From: an uncultured Clostridium sp.
GTDB taxonomy: Bacteria; Bacillota; Clostridia; TANB77; CAG-508
DNA: 37,742 bases
Assembly: GCA_947573965.1 (NCBI GenBank)
Contig: CANPHV010000003.1
Coordinates: 1-37,742, forward strand
Direction of reading: 5' to 3'
Shown here: positions 8,335-17,425 of the stretch, piece by piece
How positions within the stretch are numbered: the stretch's first letter is position 1
How the letters are laid out: every line of letters begins with the position of its first letter
Notes under the pieces: model-generated
What the model was told of the DNA's origin: nothing
Database searches by the model: none
Seen by the model: the letters and a program-made list of their open reading frames with translations, nothing else
Translations under genes and position numbers: made by a program

Positions 8335-10821
8335 TTATGTATTGTTAGATGTATTACTTTTGTCAGAATTATTACTATTGACAGCATTTCCTTGCGAATT
8401 CGAGTTACTAGTTTCATTTGTGTTATTATTAGTAGTATTACTGGTATTCGTATTATTGGTTTTATTATTCGATGGCATATTTGTATTTACATTGTTGGTG
8501 CTAGGTGTTGTTGTATTATTAGTAATTGAATTAGTATGAGTGGTTGTATTATTTTGAGTTGTATGGTTGTTTTCTTGATTTGTTGGTAATACTTGTTGAG
8601 GGTCTTCGGCGTCAATATCATGTGTAATTCCTTGTATAATTTCTTCTACTTTATTTTGTACTGGTTTGGTTGTATTTTCTTCTAACGCGGTTCCTGCGTG
8701 TTTGTCACATAATGCTGGCAAAGTATTTCTTAAAAAATATTCTGTATAAGTATTAGCGCATCCCGTTGTTGCTCTTTTTCCTGTTTCCGCACAAATGGTA
8801 CAACTTGAAACACTATTTGGTTTTTGAAAAGTAGCACTATTTAAACCAGCATGAATTCTTGACATGACATTTGCCCATAATAGTCCAGCAGGATTTCTTT
8901 TATTAAATTCTATGGATTCATTTTCATCATAACCATACCAAGTTACAGCAGTGTAATAAGGAGTAAAACCACAAAGCCATCTATCATAGTTTTTATCTGT
9001 AGTTCCTGTTTTAGCTGCCACGTCTACACCTGTTATTTTACAATAGGTTGCTGTTCCTTTTTGACCAACTACTGGTTGTGTTAATATATTTTTTACGATA
9101 TAAGCTACTTCTTTTGATACTACTCTTTTTTTCTTTTGTTTTGTTTTTACTATCGTTTTTCCCGTTTCATCATTAATTAATGTGTAAAAAGTAGGTTCAA
9201 TATATTCTCCATCATTTGCTATCATGCTATATGCTCCTGCCATTTCTAATGGGCTTATTCCCTTTTGTAAGCCTCCTAAAGATAATACTAGCGTTTCATC
9301 TTCTTTGGTGAGTGTGCTAATTCCCATCCTTTTTAAATAGGCAATTGAATTTTGTGGTTTTAATTCTTCCATAATCTCTACAAATGGTATATTTTGAGAA
9401 GACTCAACGGCTCTTCTAACTGTTACTTTTCCAAGTGGTGGATTGTAATCGGTTGGATGATAGCCTTCTGGGAAGTCACGTTCTGTGTCATCATAAATAG
9501 AAGAAGCTGTGATAATTTTTTTATCAATGGCTGGTATCAAGACAGAAAGAGGCTTAATGGAAGAACCTGTTTGCCTAACACTTTGGGTAGCTCTATTTAG
9601 AGACCTTGCCTTTGTCTTCTCTCCTAATCCTCCAGTGCATCCAACAACCTGTCCTGTTTTATGGTCAATAATAACCATAGCAGCTTGGGAGGAATTGCCA
9701 TCTTCTTTTTTGGATGGTTTGCTGTATTTACTTTTTTCAAATTCTGCTTCTGTTTGCTTTTGTATTTTTGAGTCTTGCGTTCCATAAATGGTTAATCCTG
9801 CCATATTAATGTAATTAGTGGCAAAGCTTTTAGAGATATTGTATTTTTTAGCAATATCCTCCGTTATTTCTAAAATCAAAGCATCTGTATGGTAAGAATA
9901 AACAGCATCTTTTGACTTGATTTCTCCTTTTTTGAAGGAAAGTCCTTGTTCTGTTTTGCTAATTGCTGTATTATATTCTTCTTGATTAATATAATTTAAT
10001 TCTAACATTTTAGAAAGAACAGTTTTGGTTCGTTTTGTGATTTTTTCTTCATTTTCCTTCTTTTCAAAAGGATTGTATGAATTTGGAGAATGGTTTAATC
10101 CTGCTAAAAAAGCACACTCTTCTAGTTCTAGGTCTTTGGCAGATTTACCAAAATAGTATTGGGCTCCTGTTTCTACCCCATACATATTAGGACCAACATA
10201 AATAATGTTTAAATAAGCTTCTAATATTTCATCTTTAGATAAGCAAGTTTCTAATTGCCATGCTTTCCACCATTCTTTTACTTTTCTTGTAATACTATCT
10301 GTTGAGTCCCCTGTTAGGTTCTTTACTAATTGTTGCGTGATGGTACTTCCTCCATAAGAAGATTTTCCAAAATGTGTAATATAAGAAACAATGGCTCCTC
10401 CTGTTCTTTTAATGTCCACTCCTCCATGAGAATAGAAACGTTCGTCTTCAATAGCAACATAAGCATTTTTCAAATTATTTGGCATGTTAGAAGATGCTAT
10501 GGTTTCATTTTTTCTTTCACAACCTAATTGTGCAATTTCATTTTTATCCATATCTAACACAATGGAATTTTGATTTATTAGCATTTCCTTGGCTAGTGTT
10601 TTCCATTGGTGTGCTGAAATTCCTAAAGAAATTGCTACCAATAAAATGAGAATTACTAAAAATATTAAGATTGCCTTTTTTATTTTGCTTTTTTGTTTTT
10701 TCTTCCTTTTTCTTTTTTTCTTGTTACTTCTTTTTAGAGGTTCATCAATTTCTTCTAGCTTTTTATTTTTTCGAAAGGCTTTGGGCACATATTCTTCCTC
10801 TACTATTTTTTTACGAGGCAC
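8335..10821 (-). CDS. Class A penicillin-binding protein (PBP1A family) with Asn/Thr/Ser-rich tail
   Basis: EDERFYSHGG, GGSTITQQL, RKVKE transglycosylase motifs; SSIK, SQN, KTG transpeptidase motifs. Start re-called at GTG 10821 behind GAAAGGA. Confidence 0.93.
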   Translation of the reverse strand: MPRKKIVEEEYVPKAFRKNKKLEEIDEPLKRSNKKKRKRKKKQKSKIKKAILIFLVILILLVAISLGISAHQWKTLAKEMLINQNSIVLDMDKNEIAQLGCERKNETIASSNMPNNLKNAYVAIEDERFYSHGGVDIKRTGGAIVSYITHFGKSSYGGSTITQQLVKNLTGDSTDSITRKVKEWWKAWQLETCLSKDEILEAYLNIIYVGPNMYGVETGAQYYFGKSAKDLELEECAFLAGLNHSPNSYNPFEKKENEEKITKRTKTVLSKMLELNYINQEEYNTAISKTEQGLSFKKGEIKSKDAVYSYHTDALILEITEDIAKKYNISKSFATNYINMAGLTIYGTQDSKIQKQTEAEFEKSKYSKPSKKEDGNSSQAAMVIIDHKTGQVVGCTGGLGEKTKARSLNRATQSVRQTGSSIKPLSVLIPAIDKKIITASSIYDDTERDFPEGYHPTDYNPPLGKVTVRRAVESSQNIPFVEIMEELKPQNSIAYLKRMGISTLTKEDETLVLSLGGLQKGISPLEMAGAYSMIANDGEYIEPTFYTLINDETGKTIVKTKQKKKRVVSKEVAYIVKNILTQPVVGQKGTATYCKITGVDVAAKTGTTDKNYDRWLCGFTPYYTAVTWYGYDENESIEFNKRNPAGLLWANVMSRIHAGLNSATFQKPNSVSSCTICAETGKRATTGCANTYTEYFLRNTLPALCDKHAGTALEENTTKPVQNKVEEIIQGITHDIDAEDPQQVLPTNQENNHTTQNNTTTHTNSITNNTTTPSTNNVNTNMPSNNKTNNTNTSNTTNNNTNETSNSNSQGNAVNSNNSDKSNTSNNT

Positions 10822-10920
10822 TAAAATCACTTTCCTTTCTGTGTTTTTCTGTATCATAGCATAAAAAGAAGGAATTAGCAACCATACATATAAGTAGTAC
10901 TTTTCGCATAAGATAACAAT

Positions 10921-12252
10921 ATGAAAATAGAAAAAATAGAAACTAATTTTAAAAGAAACTTATACTTAAAATCTTCTTTGGTAGAACCTTCTCTTGTCAA
11001 CAAAACACCTGAAAATCAAGTAGTGCGAATTAATCCTGAACTTACTTTTCAGGAATTCTTAGGTTTTGGAGGGGCACTAACAGAAAGTTCTTGTTATTTA
11101 TTAAGTAAATTAAAGCCAGAGATTAGAAATCAAATTTTGGAAGAATACTTTGCAAAAGACAAACTAAATTATCAATTTGCAAGACTTTCCATTGGTAGTT
11201 GTGACTTCTCTTTAAATAGTTACTCGTATTCATACGAAAATGACTTATCAGACTTTTCCATTGAGCGAGACAATAAATATGTTATCCCGATTATCCAATT
11301 GGCTCAAAAGCAAAATCCTTCGCTTAAGTTTCTTGCTTCTCCTTGGTCTCCCCCTGCTTTTATGAAAGATAATCATCACTTATATAGAGGTGGGAAACTG
11401 CTTCCCAAGTATCGAAAATTATGGTGTAATTATCTTGTTTCTTATGTTAAAAGCTATTTAAAGTATGGAATTCCTATTACTTATATGACAATTCAAAATG
11501 AACCACAAGCAAAACAAATATGGGAATCGTGTTTATATTCTTCTTCAGAAGAAGCAGAACTATTAAAGAATTACCTATTCCCTATCTTTCAAAAAAATAA
11601 TCTTTCGACTGAGTTCTTTATTTGGGACCACAATAAGGATAGGATATTAGAAAGAAATATAGAAACTCTAATTGATTATCATGCTCTTTCTTTTACCAAA
11701 GGTATTGCTTTTCATTGGTACACTGGTGGTCATTTTGATAGTTTAGAGAGGCTAGCACACCTCTTCCCTACTCTTTTACTATTTCATACTGAAGGTTGTA
11801 CTGGCTATTCTCATTTTAAACCACAAGATGAACTTTCCAATAGCGAAATGTATGCTTATGAGATAATAGAAGATTTTAATCACGGAACCAATGCTTTTAT
11901 TGATTGGAATATTGTTTTAGATTACAAAGGTGGACCCAATCATGTTAAAAATTATTGTAATAGTCTTATAATGTTAACGAAAAAAAACGATAATTTTATT
12001 AAGACGCCTGCCTTTTATTATGTTTCACATTTTGCTAAATTTATGAAACCTAAGGCTAAAAGAATTCATGTAAACAAGTTTTCTGAAAATATTTCAACAG
12101 TAGCCTTTAAAAATCCTGACAAAAGTGTTATGATAGTATTGTTAAATAAAACAGATAAAAATATAGAATACAATTTGTGCTATCAAGATTTTGTGTTTCA
12201 TGATAATTTAGATAGCCATGCCATTGTAACTTTAATCTATCAAGATAAATAA
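10921..12252 (+). CDS. Glycoside hydrolase family 30 (glucosylceramidase-like)
   Basis: GFGGALT, SIGSCDFS, ASPWSPPAFMK, IQNEP (acid/base), FHWY, TEGC (nucleophile), GGPNH; no signal peptide. Confidence 0.9.
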   Translation: MKIEKIETNFKRNLYLKSSLVEPSLVNKTPENQVVRINPELTFQEFLGFGGALTESSCYLLSKLKPEIRNQILEEYFAKDKLNYQFARLSIGSCDFSLNSYSYSYENDLSDFSIERDNKYVIPIIQLAQKQNPSLKFLASPWSPPAFMKDNHHLYRGGKLLPKYRKLWCNYLVSYVKSYLKYGIPITYMTIQNEPQAKQIWESCLYSSSEEAELLKNYLFPIFQKNNLSTEFFIWDHNKDRILERNIETLIDYHALSFTKGIAFHWYTGGHFDSLERLAHLFPTLLLFHTEGCTGYSHFKPQDELSNSEMYAYEIIEDFNHGTNAFIDWNIVLDYKGGPNHVKNYCNSLIMLTKKNDNFIKTPAFYYVSHFAKFMKPKAKRIHVNKFSENISTVAFKNPDKSVMIVLLNKTDKNIEYNLCYQDFVFHDNLDSHAIVTLIYQDK

Positions 12253-12261
12253 TACGAAAGG

Positions 12262-13254
12262 ATGATACACATGATAAGCCGAGAAGATAACCCAGAGTTT
12301 TTGAATTCTTTTTTAGATTATTCTATTACCATTTTAAATAAATCGCCTAATAGCATTAAAGAATATAACTACGATTTGGCTATGTTTTTAAAATTTATTA
12401 AGATACATTTTAATTTAACAAAAGAAACCGATTTTAAGGAAATCCAAATAAAGGATATGACACTTGACACGATTAAGAAAATTACATTAGATGATATTCA
12501 TGCTTTTATTTCCTTTTTAACTAGGGAATTTAAAAGCAAAGCAACTACAAGAGCGAGAAAAATATCAACCATACGTATTTTCTTTAAATATTTAAGTCGA
12601 AAGGCTAATTTGATTGAGGTAAACCCTGCACAAGATTTAGAAACACCAAAATTAGATAAGCGTTTACCAAAATATCTTTCTTTAGAAGATAGCAAAAAAT
12701 TACTTGATATTACAGCCAATGAAGACAACAGAAATTCCGAAAGAGATTATGCGATTATTACTTTGTTTTTAAATTGTGGTATGCGTCTTTCTGAATTAGT
12801 TGGCATTAATTTACAAGATATTGATTTTGGAGAGTGCAAACTAAATGTGATTGGTAAAGGTAACAAAGAAAGAACTATTTATTTGAATAGAGCTTGTATG
12901 AGGGCAATTGCAGATTACTTAGAAGTACGCCCTAAAGAAGGTATTAAACATGATAAGAAATTTTCTGAAAAAGCACTTTTTTTAAGTGAAAGGCGAACTA
13001 GAATTAGTAACCGAACCGTTGAAAATGTTGTTACGAAACAATTACAAGCCGCAGGCTTAGATACCAAAAAATATTCTGTTCATAAATTAAGACACACTGC
13101 TGCTACTTTAATGTATCAATATGGTCAAGTCGATATTAGAGCTTTGCAAGAATTATTAGGTCATGAAAGTATTGCTACTACTGAAATTTATACTCATGTT
13201 AGCAATGACCAAGTTCGCAATGCTGTAGAAAGCAATCCTTTGGCTAATTTATAG
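12262..13254 (+). CDS. xerC: Chromosomal tyrosine recombinase, XerC/XerD family
   Basis: CGMRLSEL, GKGNKER, HKLRHTAAT, LLGHESIATTEIYTH catalytic R-K-H-R-H-Y residues. Confidence 0.85.
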   Translation: MIHMISREDNPEFLNSFLDYSITILNKSPNSIKEYNYDLAMFLKFIKIHFNLTKETDFKEIQIKDMTLDTIKKITLDDIHAFISFLTREFKSKATTRARKISTIRIFFKYLSRKANLIEVNPAQDLETPKLDKRLPKYLSLEDSKKLLDITANEDNRNSERDYAIITLFLNCGMRLSELVGINLQDIDFGECKLNVIGKGNKERTIYLNRACMRAIADYLEVRPKEGIKHDKKFSEKALFLSERRTRISNRTVENVVTKQLQAAGLDTKKYSVHKLRHTAATLMYQYGQVDIRALQELLGHESIATTEIYTHVSNDQVRNAVESNPLANL

Positions 13255-13260
13255 ATTATC

Positions 13261-13291
13261 GGTTCCTCCCTTTAATAGGAGGAGCCTTTTT
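13261..13291. terminator. Terminator hairpin between convergent xerC and yneA
   Basis: GGTTCCTCC...GGAGGAGCC followed by a T-run. Confidence 0.7.
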
Positions 13292-13595
13292 ATAGATTTG
13301 GAATTATGATTTTTTGTCCAATTTCTAAATTGTCGTTTGTGATATGGTTTAATTGTCTAATTTCATACATAACTTCTCGAATGTCTTTGTTTTTATAGTA
13401 TTCATTTTGATTAACTTCTTGCTCTGCAATAGACCATAAGGTATCTCCTTTTAGAACATAGTCTTCTTTATACCCTATTTCTGTTTTTGAATAAGTGGTT
13501 GTTGTTATCAGTCCTAATACAATTAGGATTACAAGCCCAATTAGCATCATCATACTTCTTAGAAATTTCTTTTTATTTACAATTTTCATTTTCAT
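13290..13595 (-). CDS. yneA: LysM-domain SOS cell-division inhibitor, YneA-like
   Basis: N-terminal TM followed by LysM (VLKGDTLWSIA...IRQLN...LEIGQKIIIP); ATG 13595 behind AAGGAGA; SOS boxes in the promoter. Confidence 0.8.
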   Translation of the reverse strand: MKMKIVNKKKFLRSMMMLIGLVILIVLGLITTTTYSKTEIGYKEDYVLKGDTLWSIAEQEVNQNEYYKNKDIREVMYEIRQLNHITNDNLEIGQKIIIPNL

Positions 13596-13614
13596 AATAA
13601 TTATCTCCTTTTTT

Positions 13615-13692
13615 AGAAACTTTGTTCGTTTGATGAGGTAATTATATACGAACATTTTTTCTTTGTCAATACTTTTTTCAAAAAAATGTTCG
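13615..13692 (-). promoter_or_regulatory. Consensus sigma-A promoter overlapped by three LexA (Cheo) box-like sites
   Basis: TTGACA (13669-13664)-N17-TATAAT (13646-13641). Sites CGAACAAAGTTTCT (minus, 13615-13628), CGAACATTTTTTCT (plus, 13649-13662) and CGAACATTTTTTTG (minus, 13679-13692) versus consensus CGAAC-N4-GTTCG. Confidence 0.8.
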
Positions 13693-13725
13693 TTTTTTTT
13701 TAAATCTTAGGTTCGCCTTTTATTT

Positions 13726-14503
13726 CTATTTCTCAAATATTTTTTTATAATATGGTTCTATCTCTGGTAGCAGGCCATCTAGGTAGATAATATTATGATG
13801 GATATCTTCTATTTTCATATTCGGAAAAGTCTTAATCATTTTTTCGTTGTCCCAATAATTGTTAATAAAATTGGTTAGTCCTTCTTTCCTTTGAATTTTT
13901 TGATATGCCTCTTCCCTTTTTTCAAAATCTACCACTTCTATGTTTTTTTCAATTACCATCCTTGTGATAAAGACATCTTGCGCATAACAAGTTGCAATAC
14001 AGTCTAAAAGCAAAAATATCATAAGGAAGGATAAACAAGCTTTTATTATTTTTCTTGGGATTTTATTAGCTATTTTTTCTAATATTCTATCTAAAAGAGG
14101 TTGGAATTTTCGTATCAAGAAAATAGTTAAAATCCCCCAAAATACAGAGTATAATAAGCAAACTCTTCCATTTATATTTAAAATGTTATTGCTGTAATCC
14201 CACCATTTAGCATGCATTATAACCTCTACTAAGAAGCTTGTTAAATATTCTGTAATGGTTCCTACCACATATCCACCGAAGAAAAGAGTAATATTGTTGT
14301 GTTTAAAATATTGTGATGCAACAAGGATAAGGACAGCCCCTACGCCATAAATTCCGTAGAAATGGTCCATACAAATAGCTTTGTCTACATTGCCATAATC
14401 CTGTAGTCACTATGCCAAATATTGTTTCTATTACATATCCTAAAAAGCTATAAATGATAAAATAGGAAAATAATTTCCATTGATTGATTGTTGTTTTATC
14501 CAT
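13726..14503 (-). CDS. Putative ABC-transporter permease-like membrane protein (CmpB/DUF1113 family), 258 aa, needs a +1 frameshift at CGG-A (14356-14353)
   Basis: Track ORFs 14303..14503 and 13726..14370 are two halves of one family member: YFIIYSFLGYVIET...LYGPFL | GIYGVGA...EYLTS...WWDYS...NGRVCL..S.FWG. The junction reads CTA-C-GGA-ATT. AAGGAGG RBS. Confidence 0.8.
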
Positions 14504-14515
14504 CTATTCCCTCCT

Positions 14516-15096
14516 TTATAGCAAAATTGGACTAATTTGTTCTCCATCTAAAGCATATTCTATGGTTCGAATTAAGGAGTCAAAATCAAAGACAATAGAC
14601 CTTGGTTTTGTAATCGGATTATCTTGTCTAAAGGGTACAAAATAATAATTTCTACGATTTAATAATCTTCCTAAATTTTCTGCATTACCACTTAAACCAT
14701 TATTAGTAGAAGGTGCAATTACTAAAGGAAATCCGATTTCTTAAATGAGATTTTGCAGCCATCGTTGCAGGGGTGTCGATGATATCACATGCCAATTTTG
14801 ACATGGTATTTCCGTGAGCATGGTGCAATGACCATAACGTCTGTCATTTTTTTAGGTCCAATTGGCTCTGCGTCTTGGATGGTATGAATTATTTTTTTGC
14901 CAGTTATGTTCTCAATTTGGTCAATAAAGTCTTGTGCCTTCCCAAATTTGGTATCCAAAGAATAGCTATTATAAGACATGATAGGTATAATTTCTGCGCC
15001 TCTATCGATTAGCTCTTTCATTTTAGGTATGGTTTTACTAAAGGTACAAAAAGAGCCAGTTAATACAAATCCTATTTTTTTGTTTTTCACTTCCAA
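14516..15096 (-). CDS. spoVFB: Dipicolinate synthase subunit B, 192 aa, needs two +1 frameshifts, each at CGG-A (14814-14811 and 14735-14732)
   Basis: IGFVLTGSFCT...AEPIGPK...IAPCS | GNTMSKLACDIIDTPATMAAKSHLRN | GFPLVIAPSTNNGLSGNAENLGRLLNRRNYYFVPFRQDNPITKPRSIVFD...EQISPILL*. TTG start with AGGAGG RBS; the stop TAA overlaps the next gene's RBS. Confidence 0.88.
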
Positions 15097-15165
15097 AATT
15101 TATCTTTCCTCCTTTCATATCATATTTATATATAATATGAAATTATGTAAATTTTGAAAGTTATT

Positions 15166-17409
15166 TTATTTATTTTTTATAAAATATTTTTCAAATTCTT
15201 CTTTTGTGATTGGCTTTGAATAGTAATAGCCTTGGATGATATCACAACCAATTCTTCTTACAAATTCCATTTGTTCTTTGTTTTCAACCCCTTCTACAAT
15301 GGTTCTTATTCCTAAACGTTCTGCCATAAACATAATATAGTTTATCATATTGTCATCTGTTTGCAAGTCTGCTTTATCGACAAAAGCTTTATCAATTTTT
15401 ATAATATCGATTGGCATATTTTGCAACATACTTAAAGAAGAATATCCTGTTCCAAAATCATCAATAGATAGCATAAATCCTTGTTTTTTAATATAATTCA
15501 TTACTTTTAAGATATCAATATTAGAATCTATGGTTGCACTTTCTGTAATTTCTAAATCTATGCTACTAGTTTCTATATTGTATTTTTTACAAATTTCTGC
15601 ATATTTATTGATGAAGTTTTCTTCCACAAAGTGTTCTTTTGATACGTTGATGGAAATGGTTGGTATATAGTCATACTTTTCACGCCAATTAGCTAAATCT
15701 TTACATACTTGTTCGAAAATATACAGGTCTAATTTTAGAATAAATTTATTTTTTTCAAACAAAGGTATAAATTTGCTTGGTGAAATTATCTCGCCTTTTC
15801 TACACCAACGTATTAGCGCTTCTGCTCCAGACATCTTTTCATTGCTAGTAAAAGTTTTAGGTTGATAGATAACGGTAAATTCCTGATGATTTAACGCTTC
15901 CTCCATGCAAGCTTCTATTTCTTGTTCAATCATTAACTCTTTTTCTAGTCTTTCATCAAATAAATAAAAATTACTATGATATTGGCCTTTTATTTGCGCT
16001 CGTGCCATATAAGATTTATCTAAAATTTTATTGATATCTGTATCTTGTAATTTTATAGTATAAGCGCCAATTGCTAAATTCAAATGAACATTAATATCTC
16101 TTATTGTTACATAGGAAAGTTCTCGATATATCTTGTCTAGTAATTGAGAAACTTGCTTTTTATAAGTAAAAATAGTAGCAAAAATGTCATTAGAAATTCT
16201 ACAAGTGATGTTATCTGCTGGTAAAATAGCAACTAACTTTTTGCCTAATGTTTCTAGTATCTCGTTACAAAATTCATAACCATACAAATTATTTAAGGCT
16301 TTAAATTTGTTGATATCAAGTGTTACAACATATTCATTTTTATTGGTATGATTCTGTAAATAGATAGTTCCATTTTCTTTGAAGAAGGCTTCATTTCCAA
16401 GTAAGGTTACAGAGTCAATATAGGCTACTTTATATAATTTACGATTTTGCTTTTGGTTCGAAAAGTCAATATAGATAGTAATTGCTATTATGACTAAATT
16501 AACCAATAAACAAAGTCCAAGAGAAATGACAACTAATCGTATTAATTCACTAGCAATGGTGTCATCTGCCGCAGTAGTTACAACATACCAGTCATTGATA
16601 TTAACTTTTTCATAATGAATAAAATAGGTATCTTCTCCTAATTTTGCATCTAAAGTTCCTGTTTGTTTATTCTTGATGGCTTTTGCCATTTTATCAATTT
16701 TTTGTTTTTCTTTGTCTGTGGTTGGTGTATATTTATTTTTAATGTAATCATAGATATTCGCATTGCTTTCTTTAATGTTGTTAAAGGAGTCAATTAAAAC
16801 GGTTCCATCATTATTAATTAAGTAGGTTCCACCTTTTCCAAATAGTCTTCTTAATAAAATTTCTTGATAGTCTGCTGTGTTGATGGTCGCCATTAATACT
16901 TTTTCTTCGCCTTTTAAGGTAAAGGTTTTGGAATAAATGTTTACTTGGTTATCAGAAACAGTACTTGGTCTATTTTCTGATACATATACTTCTTGTTGCT
17001 CAAAGAATTCTTGCATATTAGGATAATTACTTACAACATGTCCATCACTAGTCGTCCCATTTCCTTGCTTGTCAAGAATAACTAGCCTAGTAAAATGGTA
17101 GTTTTCTAGGTCTATGACAAAACGGTCAAAGATTTCTTCTGGTGTTTCAAAGTATCCTCTGTCGATAGATTCTACCATTATTTGAACAAAATTTTTCTGT
17201 TGTGTTATAGATTGATTTAATTGTGTTGCTGTTTGTTGACTTAGTTCTTTTATGTTTTGATAAACATTTTGATAGATTAATTCTTTTACATATCCTACAT
17301 AAAAATAAGATAGAACTAGTATTACTAAAAAGACTAGTAATATCCATGTAATATTTAATTTGTATGGCTTTTCTTGGATGTATGCGGTTTCTTGTTTTTT
17401 TCTTTTCAT
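15166..17409 (-). CDS. Membrane c-di-GMP phosphodiesterase: extracellular Cache-like sensor, degenerate GGDEF and EAL domains
   Basis: Two TMs flank the sensor; GGDEF is replaced by RISNDIF; EAL (AEALIR), INVS, EITE, DDFGTGYSS, EGVE and QGYYYS are intact. Confidence 0.88.
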   Translation of the reverse strand: MKRKKQETAYIQEKPYKLNITWILLVFLVILVLSYFYVGYVKELIYQNVYQNIKELSQQTATQLNQSITQQKNFVQIMVESIDRGYFETPEEIFDRFVIDLENYHFTRLVILDKQGNGTTSDGHVVSNYPNMQEFFEQQEVYVSENRPSTVSDNQVNIYSKTFTLKGEEKVLMATINTADYQEILLRRLFGKGGTYLINNDGTVLIDSFNNIKESNANIYDYIKNKYTPTTDKEKQKIDKMAKAIKNKQTGTLDAKLGEDTYFIHYEKVNINDWYVVTTAADDTIASELIRLVVISLGLCLLVNLVIIAITIYIDFSNQKQNRKLYKVAYIDSVTLLGNEAFFKENGTIYLQNHTNKNEYVVTLDINKFKALNNLYGYEFCNEILETLGKKLVAILPADNITCRISNDIFATIFTYKKQVSQLLDKIYRELSYVTIRDINVHLNLAIGAYTIKLQDTDINKILDKSYMARAQIKGQYHSNFYLFDERLEKELMIEQEIEACMEEALNHQEFTVIYQPKTFTSNEKMSGAEALIRWCRKGEIISPSKFIPLFEKNKFILKLDLYIFEQVCKDLANWREKYDYIPTISINVSKEHFVEENFINKYAEICKKYNIETSSIDLEITESATIDSNIDILKVMNYIKKQGFMLSIDDFGTGYSSLSMLQNMPIDIIKIDKAFVDKADLQTDDNMINYIMFMAERLGIRTIVEGVENKEQMEFVRRIGCDIIQGYYYSKPITKEEFEKYFIKNK

Positions 17410-17425
17410 ATTTCACCTCTATTTT

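Noticed and set aside
8342-8539. Hydrophobic antisense ORFs (also 27501..27812, 10589..10864, 34366..34635)
   Set aside because: Shadow frames of Asn- or Lys-rich sense-strand tracts; no RBS.
12262-13254. Tyrosine recombinase as a prophage/ICE integrase
   Set aside because: Chromosomal Xer-type size and motifs; no att repeats or mobile cargo nearby.
13726-15096. Calling spoVFB and the permease simple pseudogenes, or calling ORFs 14303..14503, 13726..14370 and 14785..15096 separate genes
   Set aside because: All three breaks share the same in-frame CGG-A context and no other lesion is visible. Not formally excluded without reads or orthologs.
15126-15153. dif-like site (…TATAATATGAAATTATGTAAATT) near the Xer recombinase gene
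   Set aside because: The right arm resembles TTATGTAAACT, but the spacer/left-arm register is off by one, and it lies in the AT-rich spoVFB promoter region.
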